A stretch of DNA of 64,000 nt, from NCBI GenBank assembly GCA_965213705.1, contig OZ243913.1:3072001-3136000 (forward strand), given 5' to 3'. The position numbers and the translations under genes were made by a program. Origin of the DNA: Trueperaceae bacterium (GTDB taxonomy: Bacteria; Deinococcota; Deinococci; Deinococcales; Trueperaceae). Shown here one piece after another: positions 27,902 through 37,168 of this stretch; the first letter of the stretch is position 1; every line of letters starts with the position of its first letter. Below the pieces are notes generated by a model. That model had not been told where the DNA came from, ran no database searches, and worked only from the letters and a program-made list of their open reading frames with translations.

Positions 27902-29506
27902 TTAAGCCTCATGCACTATTTTACCCCCGCAGACGGTCAACTCGGCGCTGAGCTTTGCCAAGTCTGCGGGCGGAAGCTCGAGCACGTCCTCCGACAGCAG
28001 CACCATGTCGGCGAGCAAGCCCGTTTTGAGGGTGCCTTTTTCGTGTTCCATAAATTCCGTATAGGCGGCGTCTCGAGTGTAAGCGGCCAAGGTTTGTGCC
28101 AGGGTCTGCGCCTCACTGGGCAGCGTGTCCGCCCACGGTTGCCGGTTGACAGCCGCGTCGAAACCCAAAAAAGGGTTCATGCTCACCACCGGCCAATCGC
28201 TGCCGAAAGCGAGGTGCGCCCCCGCCGCGCGCAAACTCCGCCAGGGAAAGCTGTCCCTGAAACGCGCCTCCGGCACAAAGCGCAGCCACGACGGCAGGTA
28301 ACCCAGCTCGGGCCGGGTGCAGTGGTAGGGCTGCATACTGGCAACCACGCCGAGGTCATGAAAACGGCCCGTGTCGTCCGGGTGCAGCAGTTCGACGTGC
28401 TCGACGCGGTGGCGGCTGTCGCGCACGCCGTTCTCGCGCTGCGCCAGCGCGTAGCCGTCCAGGGTGCGGCGCACCGCCGCGTCGCCGACGGCGTGAACTG
28501 CGATTTGCAAGCCCGCCGCGTCGGCGCGTACGGCCACATCTTCGAAGTGTTCGGCGCTGAAAATCGCCTCGCCGGTTGTAGTCAGGTCGGTGTAGGGCCC
28601 TGTCAAAAAGGCCGTAAACGACTCGACCACCCCGTCCATAAACAGTTTCAGCGCGCCTGCCCGCAAAAAATCGCTGCGGTAGCCGTCGCGTAACGAGACC
28701 GCCTCAGCCACGGCCTTTTCGACCGACTCGTGCGGGTTTGTCCGGTAAGGCAGGTACACGCGCAAACTCAGTTCGCCGCGCTCGTCGAGCTTCTGGTACA
28801 GGGAAAACTCTTCGGCGTCGCCGTTCATGTTGTGGACGCTCGTGATGCCGAAAGAATGGGCGAGTTTGACGCCCTGCTCGAGCAGCCGCAGCTTCTCCGC
28901 CGCGCCCACCTTGGGGATGAGGTCATAAACGAGGTGCATCGCCTCGAACTCGCGCAGCTCGCCGGTCGCCGCGCCGTCGTCGCCGAGCACGACCTCGGCG
29001 TTGCCGCCGGGGTTCGCGCCGTGTAAAATCCCCGCCGCGTTGAGCGCCACGGTGTTGCACCAGACCGTGTGAAAGTCGAAACAGGTCAGGACCAACGGGA
29101 GGTTCGGCTCAATAGCGTCCAAGTGCTGCCGGGTCAGGCGCTCGTCACCGGGCAGAACGTCGTAACTGAGGCCGGAGCCGCGCAGCCAGGTCGCGTCAGG
29201 GTTTGCGGCTCGGTAAGTGGCTACGGCCGTTCTCAGGCCCTCGAGACCCCGGACGCCGGTAAGTAAAATATCGTTCAACCGTAACGAACCCCACATCAAG
29301 TGGAAATGCGCGTCGACGATGCCGGGCAGCAGCGTCCTACCGCCCCCGTCAACCACCTTCGTGTCCGGGCCGCGTAGTTGAAGCGCCTCCGCCTCACTGC
29401 CGACGAACGCGATGCGGTCGCCCACCACCGCGACGGCCTCCGCGTGAGGCTTCTCCGGGTCAAGGGTGAAAACCGAAACGTTTGCAACAATCAAATCCGC
29501 CTTCAT
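27902..29506 (-). CDS. YtcJ-like amidohydrolase (amidohydro_3)
   Basis: PGIVDAHFH, KLFMDG, VHAVGDAA, RHRVEHVE, FGSDWPV. Confidence 0.92.
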   Translation of the reverse strand: MKADLIVANVSVFTLDPEKPHAEAVAVVGDRIAFVGSEAEALQLRGPDTKVVDGGGRTLLPGIVDAHFHLMWGSLRLNDILLTGVRGLEGLRTAVATYRAANPDATWLRGSGLSYDVLPGDERLTRQHLDAIEPNLPLVLTCFDFHTVWCNTVALNAAGILHGANPGGNAEVVLGDDGAATGELREFEAMHLVYDLIPKVGAAEKLRLLEQGVKLAHSFGITSVHNMNGDAEEFSLYQKLDERGELSLRVYLPYRTNPHESVEKAVAEAVSLRDGYRSDFLRAGALKLFMDGVVESFTAFLTGPYTDLTTTGEAIFSAEHFEDVAVRADAAGLQIAVHAVGDAAVRRTLDGYALAQRENGVRDSRHRVEHVELLHPDDTGRFHDLGVVASMQPYHCTRPELGYLPSWLRFVPEARFRDSFPWRSLRAAGAHLAFGSDWPVVSMNPFLGFDAAVNRQPWADTLPSEAQTLAQTLAAYTRDAAYTEFMEHEKGTLKTGLLADMVLLSEDVLELPPADLAKLSAELTVCGGKIVHEA

Positions 29507-29625
29507 AGCGAGAACTCCATGCCGCATTGTATGGCTTGGGTCAGGAAAAAGGAGAAAGGAGAAAGTGAAAGTCAAAAGCTTGTTCTCCTTTGCTTCCCGC
29601 CCTCCCCTACGCCCCCACTTACCTT

Positions 29626-30366
29626 CTAACCATAACGCCGCTGCCGCAGCACCTCGAAGGCGATGACCGCGGCCGCGGGCGTCGTGCCCAGGGCTTGTTT
29701 GAAGTTGCGTCCGTAAGGAATTTCCACGACGAGGTCGGCGTTGCCGAGCAGCGTACGGCTCACCCCGCGTTTTTCACCGCCGACGACGACGAGCAGGGGT
29801 TGGGTCAAGTCCGCTTGGTAAAGCGAGGTTGCCCGCTCGCTCAGGTCGGTGCAGACGAGGCGGACGTCTCGAGCCTTCAAAAGCGTCACGAGTTCTTCGT
29901 CCGAACCCGCCACCGCCATCGGCAAAAACTCCGACGCGCCCGCCGAGGCCCGCGCCACGGTCGCGGCGGCCGTCGTCCAGTTGCGCTCCCGCACGACCAG
30001 GCCGTGCGCCCCCGCCGCGTGGAGCGCGCGCACGGCTTGCCCGAAGTTGTAAGGGTCTTCCACGCCGTCGAGCATCGCTAAAAAGGCGGCTTGTGGGCCT
30101 CTGCCCAAGTTTTCCAAACTCACAAACCGCCGTGGCCCCACCAGCGCAACCGCGCCGCCGTGCGTGCTGCCGGAGGTGAACCGCTCGAGTTCCTCCGCGG
30201 ACACGTAGCGCAGCGGCACCCGTTTTTCCTTGGCGCGTTTCTCGAGCGCCGCCAACCGTGAACTTTTACCCCGTTGCAGCAAAATCTCGAATATTTCGCG
30301 GCTGCCGCTGACGAGGCAGGCGCGGATGGACACCCAGCCCTCGAGGGTTTGGGGGGAACCGGTCAT
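29626..30366 (-). CDS. TrmH/SpoU family RNA methyltransferase (RlmB-like)
   Basis: LDGVEDPYNFG, ASAGA, VVGGEKRGVS, EIPY; leaderless TACCCT-N6-ATG. Confidence 0.9.
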   Translation of the reverse strand: MTGSPQTLEGWVSIRACLVSGSREIFEILLQRGKSSRLAALEKRAKEKRVPLRYVSAEELERFTSGSTHGGAVALVGPRRFVSLENLGRGPQAAFLAMLDGVEDPYNFGQAVRALHAAGAHGLVVRERNWTTAAATVARASAGASEFLPMAVAGSDEELVTLLKARDVRLVCTDLSERATSLYQADLTQPLLVVVGGEKRGVSRTLLGNADLVVEIPYGRNFKQALGTTPAAAVIAFEVLRQRRYG

Positions 30367-30721
30367 GGCTCAAGGGTAACGTTTTAAGACGGTGAGAACA
30401 CGGTGGGAACACCCAGACGAACCACAACAGACCGTGACGTCGGCATGGCTGTCCTTAAAAATCTCCAGCAACGACGTCGCCCGCGTGCCCAATTCCCGAT
30501 GGGTGCGCTCGTCGCGGCCATAGTTTTCATCGACACTTTCGATTCGAGTAGCTGTAGAAGCTAAACCAATCTCCGATTTTTTGTGACGGCGTTGGACTCC
30601 GCTTGTTAGCTAATCAAAACCCAACGGCGTCTTTGACCGGAACCTCGGGCTCACCTTTGACCGTAAGCGTCCGACAGGCCTCTGTCGGAGGTGAACGAGT
30701 AGTGAACCCCGCACACGGCTG

Positions 30722-31189
30722 TCAGCGCTTCTCCAACCGCCCCGGCTTGACGCTGTCGAGTTGCTTGATTTCCTCGATAAACCGGTCTACCGAGTCGAAG
30801 TCTCGGTAGACGCTCAAAAAACGGATATAGGCCACGTCGTCTAAGTTTTTCAAGAACTGTAAAGTGCGCAGGCCGATTTCTTCCGAAGTGATTTCGGGGG
30901 CTTGGACTTCGTCTTCCAAGCCGTAAGCGAACTCGCGCAGTTGCTTGTCGGTGACGGGGCGTTTGTTGGTGGCGATACTGAGCTTGTCGAGGAGTTTGTC
31001 GGGCGTGAACACTTCGCGGCGACCCGAGCGCTTGACAACCATCAGCGCTTCGAACTGGGCGCGCTCATAAGTGGTAAAGCGCCGGTTACAAGCGCTGCAC
31101 TCGCGCCTGCGGCGAATCGCGTTGCCCTCGTCGGAGGGTCGTGAATTGATGACGCGGGTTTCCTCGCTCGTGCAGTAAGGGCACTTCAC
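30722..31189 (-). CDS. nrdR: Transcriptional repressor NrdR
   Basis: MKCPYC..RRRREC..C..RFTTYER, ATP-cone, VAYIRF.SVY. Confidence 0.97.
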   Translation of the reverse strand: MKCPYCTSEETRVINSRPSDEGNAIRRRRECSACNRRFTTYERAQFEALMVVKRSGRREVFTPDKLLDKLSIATNKRPVTDKQLREFAYGLEDEVQAPEITSEEIGLRTLQFLKNLDDVAYIRFLSVYRDFDSVDRFIEEIKQLDSVKPGRLEKR

Positions 31190-31205
31190 GCGCCGACCCC
31201 GAAAG

Positions 31206-32081
31206 TCACTTGAGGTATTCCTCTAGCGTGGTCGCGGCCTCGGCCACAAGCTGTTCGTCCTCTAAACCGTCTTCCAAGCTGTCATCGTCTGCGCGCTCAC
31301 TCTCGAAGTTGGGCAGCCCGTCCTCAGTCTCGTCTTCGCCGTACAGACTTGCCTCCAAATCGTCCTGGCGCACGTTGTCGTCGAGGGCGGCGCGCACCTC
31401 GGGGAGCATGGACTCGGTCACGCGGGGCGGCGGCGGCAGTTCGACGTACAGGCGGTGGCCCGAGACGCCGCTCGCGTCCCCCGAACTGAGGTAGCGAACG
31501 CTCCTGACCAGGGCCGCGTCGTGTTTGGGGTCCGACGCCGCGCGGGACGGCACCACCACGTTGACGCGCAAACTGGCGTTGCGCGCTTCGAAAGCCGCCG
31601 CCATCCGCGTAATCGCGCCGCGGATGGAGAGCATGTGCGGCTCGGTCGCGCTCCGGGGCGGGCTCACCAGCACAATCCAGGCGTTTTCTAACAGCCGTTC
31701 GGCCATCTTGAGCGTCAAAAAGGTGCTGCGCACGTTCTCGACGAACAGCTCGCCGAATTCTCCCTCGCTCAGGTCGCGGAAGCGGGTGTAGCTCTGACCC
31801 GTAGCGACGTGGACGACGCCGGACAGCTCGCCGAAAATCTCGAACACCTTGTTGAAAGCGTTCTGAACGTCCATCTGGGTCGTCATGTCGGCCTGAATCG
31901 GAATCGCCTGGCCGCCCAACTCTTCAATTTCAGCCGCCGTTTTCGAGGCGAGGTCGACGTCTTTGTCGGCGCAGACCACGTCGAACCCGGCCTGCCCGTA
32001 CGACAGGGCGACCGCCCGGCCGAAGCCCTGACCCACGTTCGTCACCAGGACGACGTCTATTCTGCCCGCCTCTTTGTCCAT
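31206..32081 (-). CDS. Atypical SDR-fold protein with an acidic C-terminal tail
   Basis: VLVTNVGQGFGRAVA Rossmann variant, IQADMT, LRVNVV.P; no YxxxK; D/E-rich tail. Confidence 0.8.
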   Translation of the reverse strand: MDKEAGRIDVVLVTNVGQGFGRAVALSYGQAGFDVVCADKDVDLASKTAAEIEELGGQAIPIQADMTTQMDVQNAFNKVFEIFGELSGVVHVATGQSYTRFRDLSEGEFGELFVENVRSTFLTLKMAERLLENAWIVLVSPPRSATEPHMLSIRGAITRMAAAFEARNASLRVNVVVPSRAASDPKHDAALVRSVRYLSSGDASGVSGHRLYVELPPPPRVTESMLPEVRAALDDNVRQDDLEASLYGEDETEDGLPNFESERADDDSLEDGLEDEQLVAEAATTLEEYLK

Positions 32082-32184
32082 ATCGTTTCCGTCCACGTTC
32101 GCCCAGCATAGCAGCCCGGCCGCAACAGGGGCTAGTCCGGGGCGCTTTTTGGAAGACGTCGGCCGCTCCAAACAAACGTCTTTG

Positions 32185-32286
32185 GGCAGTGTCGCGCTAA
32201 GGGCAGTGTCCGGCCAAAGGCAATGTCGGGCCAAAGGCAGTGTCGGGCCAAAGGCAGTGTCGGGCCAAAAGCAGTGTCGGGCCACG
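32185..32286. repeat. Six-unit 17-nt tandem repeat GGCAGTGTCGGGCCAAA
   Basis: Contiguous units without spacers in the divergent SDR/accD intergenic region. Confidence 0.92.
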
Positions 32287-32502
32287 CTCTCAAACGCCTG
32301 GTCCTCCAAACAAGCCGTCTCCAAACGACTGACGTATTGGTCCGTCCGAGTTTTGCCTGCAGGTGTTTCGCCCGCCCGCTTCCGACCCCTGTAACCGCCG
32401 TGAGTGACCCTTGACTGTTACACTCTAAAGCGTGACGGCTTCTCGCTGTGGCTGGTGCAAGGTTACAGTGCTGCAAGGTTACACTGGGGTCAGGAGAGAG
32501 TT

Positions 32503-33402
32503 ATGACGCTTGAACGCTGGTTCCGCCGCAAACGGCCGACCCGTGGAGACGACGATACCAGCCCGGTCGGGCTGTGGTTGAAATGTGACGAGTGCAAGTC
32601 GCAGGTGTACCGCAAGGACTTGGTTGCCAACGCCTACACCTGTCCCGAATGCGGTCACCACTACCGGATGCCGGTCGAGGCGCGGGTCGAACTGCTTTTG
32701 GACGAGGACACCTTCGAGCAGTGGTCGGGCGCGATTACGCCGCGCGACGCCCTCGAGTTCAGCGACGAAGAACCCTACACCGAGCGGCTCGAGCGCTACC
32801 AGAAAAAACAAAAACGCCCCGACGCCATCCTTACCGGGGGCGGCACCCTGGAGGGGCACACGGTCGGCTTGGCAGTCATGGACTTCGCGTTTGCCGGCGG
32901 CTCGATGGGCTCGGTGGTCGGCGAAGAACTCGCCCGCGCCGCCGAGCGCGCCGCCGTTGAGGGCCGCTCTTTCATCGTCGTCGCCGCCTCGGGCGGGGCG
33001 CGGATGCAAGAGGGCGCGCTGTCCTTGATGCAGATGGCAAAAACGACGCTGGCCCTGGAAAACTTAGCCGTCAAACGCTTGCCCTTTATCAGCGTCTTAA
33101 CCGACCCCACGACCGGCGGCGTGACCGCGAGTTTCGCCACGCTGGGCGACGTGATTGTCGCCGAGCCGAAAGCGTTTATCAGCTTTGCGGGGCCGCGCGT
33201 GATTCAGCAAACCCTCAAACAAGATTTGCCCGAAGGCTTTCAGCGCGCCGAATTTTTGCTTAAAAAGGGGATGCTCGACGACGTGGTGCCCAGGCTCGCG
33301 CTGAAAACGCGCCTGGCGAGCTACCTCGGTTTTCTGCGCGGCGGCGTGCCGGAGCGGTCGGCCGAAGCGGAAGAAAGGGTACTGCGTGCCCCTTCCTTTT
33401 GA
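32503..33402 (+). CDS. accD: Acetyl-CoA carboxylase carboxyltransferase beta subunit
   Basis: [15 protein letters not shown] zinc finger, [28 protein letters not shown]. Confidence 0.97.
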   Translation: MTLERWFRRKRPTRGDDDTSPVGLWLKCDECKSQVYRKDLVANAYTCPECGHHYRMPVEARVELLLDEDTFEQWSGAITPRDALEFSDEEPYTERLERYQKKQKRPDAILTGGGTLEGHTVGLAVMDFAFAGGSMGSVVGEELARAAERAAVEGRSFIVVAASGGARMQEGALSLMQMAKTTLALENLAVKRLPFISVLTDPTTGGVTASFATLGDVIVAEPKAFISFAGPRVIQQTLKQDLPEGFQRAEFLLKKGMLDDVVPRLALKTRLASYLGFLRGGVPERSAEAEERVLRAPSF

Positions 33403-34342
33403 AAAACCGATTGACGAGTTAGAGGCCAAAATCCTCGACATGCGCCACTACGCCGAAGAGCAAAACATCGACTTCGGCGACGAAATCGACGGGTTGGAGA
33501 AACGGCTCGAGCTGTTGAAGCGTGAAACCTTTGACTCACTCACGCGCTGGCAGCGCGTCCAGGTGGCGAGAGCGCCGGGTCGGCCCACCGCGCTCGACTA
33601 CATCCAGGGCGCGTTCGAGGGGTTCAGCGAACTCCACGGTGACCGCGTCCAGGGCGACGACCCGGCGCTGGTGACAGGTCTGGCGCGCTTAGGCGGGCAC
33701 AGCGTGGTGGTGCTGGCCCAGCAAAAGGGCCGCGACACCAAGGAAAACATCCACCGCAACTTCGGGATGCTCCACCCGTCGGGCTACCGCAAGGCGCTCC
33801 GCATGTTCGACCTGGCTGATAAGTTCCGCTTGCCGGTCGTCACCCTTATCGACACGCCCGGCGCGTATCCGGGCGTCGCCGCCGAAGAGGGCGGGCAAGC
33901 CTGGGTCATCGCCGAGAGCATCCGGCGGATGAGCCGTTTGACGGTTCCGGCGGTGAGCGTCGTCATCGGCGAGGGCGGCTCGGGCGGGGCGCTCGCCATC
34001 GGCGTGGCGAACCGGGTGCTGATTTTGGAAAACGCCATTTACTCGGTCATCTCCCCCGAGTCCTGCGCGGCAATCCTGTGGCGCGACGCCGCCGAAGCGC
34101 CCAAAGCGGCTGAGGCGCTGAAACTCACCGCGCTCGACTTGTTGGAACTTGGCGTCGTCGACCGCGTCGTCGAAGAGCCGCTCGGCGGCGCGCACAAACA
34201 CCTTGCGGCAACCGTGCAAACGGTGGCGGGGGTGTTGCAGGAGGAACTCGAGAACCTGTTGAATCACAGTGCTGACGAGTTGTTGGCGCAGCGCCAAGCC
34301 CGTTTTCGCGCCCAGGGCCGCTTCGAACTCGCCGGGGTTTAA
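33386..34342 (+). CDS. accA: Acetyl-CoA carboxylase carboxyltransferase alpha subunit
   Basis: [37 protein letters not shown]. Confidence 0.97.
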   Translation: MPLPFEKPIDELEAKILDMRHYAEEQNIDFGDEIDGLEKRLELLKRETFDSLTRWQRVQVARAPGRPTALDYIQGAFEGFSELHGDRVQGDDPALVTGLARLGGHSVVVLAQQKGRDTKENIHRNFGMLHPSGYRKALRMFDLADKFRLPVVTLIDTPGAYPGVAAEEGGQAWVIAESIRRMSRLTVPAVSVVIGEGGSGGALAIGVANRVLILENAIYSVISPESCAAILWRDAAEAPKAAEALKLTALDLLELGVVDRVVEEPLGGAHKHLAATVQTVAGVLQEELENLLNHSADELLAQRQARFRAQGRFELAGV

Positions 34343-34354
34343 ATTTTCTAGGGT

Positions 34355-35029
34355 TTAGCGTCGCGCGGCGTCCCGCAGAGTTTTGATATTCTCGGCAACT
34401 CTGTCGTACGGCCTGTAAACCGCGCTCCCGGCGACCACGATGTCGGCTCCGGCCTCTAAGACGCGCGTGATGTTGTCAGCCCCGACGCCGCCGTCGACTT
34501 CCAGCTCACAAGCCGGATTTGTGTCGCGCCGCCACGCGGCGACCGTGCGCAGGCGCTCGTAGCTCGCTTCGATAAACGTTTGGCCGCCAAAGCCTGGGTT
34601 CACGCTCATAATCAGGACGAGGTCGAGGTAAGGCAGCGCGTCTTCAACCACGTTCAGCGGCGTGAGCGGGTTGAGGGCCAAGCCGACTTTTGCGCCGGTT
34701 TTTTTGACGAGCTGCAAGGTGCTGTGCAGGTGAACCGTCGCCTCGGCGTGGACGGTCAAACTGTCCGCGCCCGCCGCGGCGAACATTTCCACGTAGCGTT
34801 CGGGCTCGGTAATCATGAGGTGAACGTCGAGCGGCAACTCGGTGGCGCGTTTGCAAGCTTCGACGACGAGCGGGCCGAGGGTGATGTTCGGGACGAAGTG
34901 ACCGTCCATCACGTCGACGTGAACCAGGTTGGCCCCGGCCTCTTCGGCGGCGGCGATTTGCTCGCCGAGCCGGGCGAAGTCGGCAGCCAGAATCGACGGG
35001 GCGAGTTTGAAGGTTTGAGGTGTTTTCAC
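34355..35029 (-). CDS. rpe: Ribulose-phosphate 3-epimerase
   Basis: APSILAADF, HVDVMDGHFVPN, MSVNPGFGGQ, EVDGG; leaderless TATACT-N5-GTG. Confidence 0.96.
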   Translation of the reverse strand: MKTPQTFKLAPSILAADFARLGEQIAAAEEAGANLVHVDVMDGHFVPNITLGPLVVEACKRATELPLDVHLMITEPERYVEMFAAAGADSLTVHAEATVHLHSTLQLVKKTGAKVGLALNPLTPLNVVEDALPYLDLVLIMSVNPGFGGQTFIEASYERLRTVAAWRRDTNPACELEVDGGVGADNITRVLEAGADIVVAGSAVYRPYDRVAENIKTLRDAARR

Positions 35030-35124
35030 AGGAGAGTATAGCAGGCCCTTGTAGTGTCCGTCCGCTCGCCGGGTATGCTGGCCGGAGCGGGCGCGTAGCA
35101 AGCGCGCGTCAACCGGGGGGCAGT

Positions 35125-36210
35125 ATGAACACACGCACAAGTCGAACCTTGCTGGCGGTCGTTGCCACCGTTCTCGTTCTCGCAGCCTTAAAAGCGACGC
35201 GGCCGGTGAGTTTGCCGCTCTTTTTCGGCGTGGTGCTGCTGCTGTTTTTCAGGCCGCTGCAAAGGCGACTGGACCGCCGCTTGCCGCGCTGGATAGGGGT
35301 CATCAGCATTACGCTCCTGGCGCTTGTGTTCTTGGCCTTTTTGGGCGGGCTGCTCGCCTATAGCGTGAACGCCGTCGCGCCCGAAGTGCCGGGTTACGCC
35401 GACCAGGTTCAAAGCCAGCTCCAAAACTTGCAGGGCCGCTTGCAGGAGCGGGGCATCTCGGTGTCGCTGCCGGGTGTGGGTGGGGGCGAGGGTGCTCAAG
35501 GCGGGGCGGCTCAGGACGGGAGTGCGCAGGAGGGGGGCGGCTCGAGCGGCGGAACGGCGGGTTCCTCCTTTTTGGGTAACGCTTTAAGTTTTCTCGGCTC
35601 CTTTACGAGCGGCCTTTCCTTAACCGTGCTCACCCTGACCGTGCTCGTCTTCTTGCTCATCGAGGCGAACGGCTTTCGAAAAAAGGTGGGGCAGTTGGAG
35701 TCCGACTCCAGCAACCGCGTACTCGACGCGTTCGAGCGCATGGCGGGCAAGTTCGAGCGTTACTTCCTCGTTCAAGCTTTTACGAGCGTTTTGACCGGGC
35801 TGCTCACCTGGCTTTGGTGCCTCGTGCTGGGCGTTCCCTTCGCGGTTGTCTGGGGCCTCGTCAGTTTTGCCTTCAACTTCGTGCCGACCGTCGGCTCCAT
35901 CCTGGCGGTGGTGCCGCCCACGCTCTTCGCGCTCGCTTTTAGCGGCGTCGGCACGGGGCTGGCGGTGTTCGCGGGGCTGGCGGTTATCCAGCTTCTGCTG
36001 GGCAACTTTGTGGACCCAACTCTGCAGGGGGGCGCGCTCGAGCTTTCACCCGTGGTGGTTCTCTTGGCGGTGGTGTTCTGGGGCTGGCTTTGGGGCATAG
36101 GCGGGGCCATCATCGGCGTGCCCCTCACGGTAGCGTTGGTGCTGCTCATGCAAGAGTTCGAGGCGACGCGGCCCATCGCCCTCTTCTTGAGCGAGCCCGG
36201 CGAAGCGTAA
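35125..36210 (+). CDS. AI-2E family transporter
   Basis: Multiple TM helices; FNFVPTVG, GNFVDP, LSPVVVLLAVVFWGWLWGIGG. Confidence 0.92.
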   Translation: MNTRTSRTLLAVVATVLVLAALKATRPVSLPLFFGVVLLLFFRPLQRRLDRRLPRWIGVISITLLALVFLAFLGGLLAYSVNAVAPEVPGYADQVQSQLQNLQGRLQERGISVSLPGVGGGEGAQGGAAQDGSAQEGGGSSGGTAGSSFLGNALSFLGSFTSGLSLTVLTLTVLVFLLIEANGFRKKVGQLESDSSNRVLDAFERMAGKFERYFLVQAFTSVLTGLLTWLWCLVLGVPFAVVWGLVSFAFNFVPTVGSILAVVPPTLFALAFSGVGTGLAVFAGLAVIQLLLGNFVDPTLQGGALELSPVVVLLAVVFWGWLWGIGGAIIGVPLTVALVLLMQEFEATRPIALFLSEPGEA

Positions 36211-36268
36211 CCGCGCGCCTTGCGAGTAGTTGAGTAAACATGTCACTATTTTCTTCAGGAGGCACGCT

Positions 36269-37123
36269 ATGGAGTACGCCCACCCGGAAGTCCTGGTCTC
36301 GACCGACTGGGTTTTGGAACACCACGACGATGAAAATGTGCGCGTTTTAGAGGTCGACGAGGACGTGCTGCTGTACGACACCGGCCACATCCCCGGCTCG
36401 CAAAAAATCGATTGGCTCATGGACTTGTGGGATGACCCCCGCCGCGAGTTCATCAGCCCCGAACAACTCGCCGACCTTTTTGAGCGTTTAGGGATTTCGA
36501 ACGACACGACGATTGTCCTCTACGGCGACAAAAATAACTGGTGGGCGAGCTACGCGTTTTGGTTTTTCAAGTACAGTGGCGTTGAAAACGTCAAACTCAT
36601 GAACGGCGGCCGGGTGAAGTGGGTGCAGGAGGGCAAACCCCTCACCACCGACGTGCCGAGTTACGAAAAGGGCAGCTTTACGTCCGGCGAGCGCAACCCC
36701 GAACTGCGGGCGTTCCGGGACGATGTGATGGAACACCTCGAGCAAGTCGAAGCGGGCAAGGGCGCGATGGTCGATGTCCGCAGCCCCGGCGAGTTCTCGG
36801 GCGAGGTCACGCACATGGCCGACTACCCGCAAGAGGGCGTGCTGCGCGGCGGGCACATCCCCGGAGCCAGCAACATCCCCTGGGCCAAAGCCGCCAACGA
36901 AGACGGCACGTTCAAAAGCGCCGACGAACTCAAAACCCTTTACGAGGCCGAAGGCGTCACCCCCGACAAAGACGTCATCGCTTATTGCCGCATCGCCGAG
37001 CGGTCGTCACACACCTGGTTCGTGCTGAAGTACCTCCTCGGCTACGACAACGTCAAAAACTACGACGGCTCCTGGACCGAGTGGGGCAACAGCGTCGGGG
37101 TACCCATTGAAAAGGGTGCTTGA
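36269..37123 (+). CDS. Two-domain sulfurtransferase (rhodanese)
   Basis: [21 protein letters not shown] active loop, [11 protein letters not shown]. Confidence 0.95.
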   Translation: MEYAHPEVLVSTDWVLEHHDDENVRVLEVDEDVLLYDTGHIPGSQKIDWLMDLWDDPRREFISPEQLADLFERLGISNDTTIVLYGDKNNWWASYAFWFFKYSGVENVKLMNGGRVKWVQEGKPLTTDVPSYEKGSFTSGERNPELRAFRDDVMEHLEQVEAGKGAMVDVRSPGEFSGEVTHMADYPQEGVLRGGHIPGASNIPWAKAANEDGTFKSADELKTLYEAEGVTPDKDVIAYCRIAERSSHTWFVLKYLLGYDNVKNYDGSWTEWGNSVGVPIEKGA

Positions 37124-37168
37124 ATCCACGATGGATAGACGCACCTTTGGAACAGCCCTCTTAGACGA

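Noticed and set aside
30367..30721. 355-bp gap between nrdR and the TrmH gene as an ncRNA or small gene
   Set aside because: Only a small hairpin (CCGACAG..CTGTCGG), a 39-codon plus-strand ORF and a startless minus-strand frame; no recognisable family.
32185..32286. Possible CRISPR array
   Set aside because: Units are contiguous 17-mers without unique spacers, and no cas genes are in the window.
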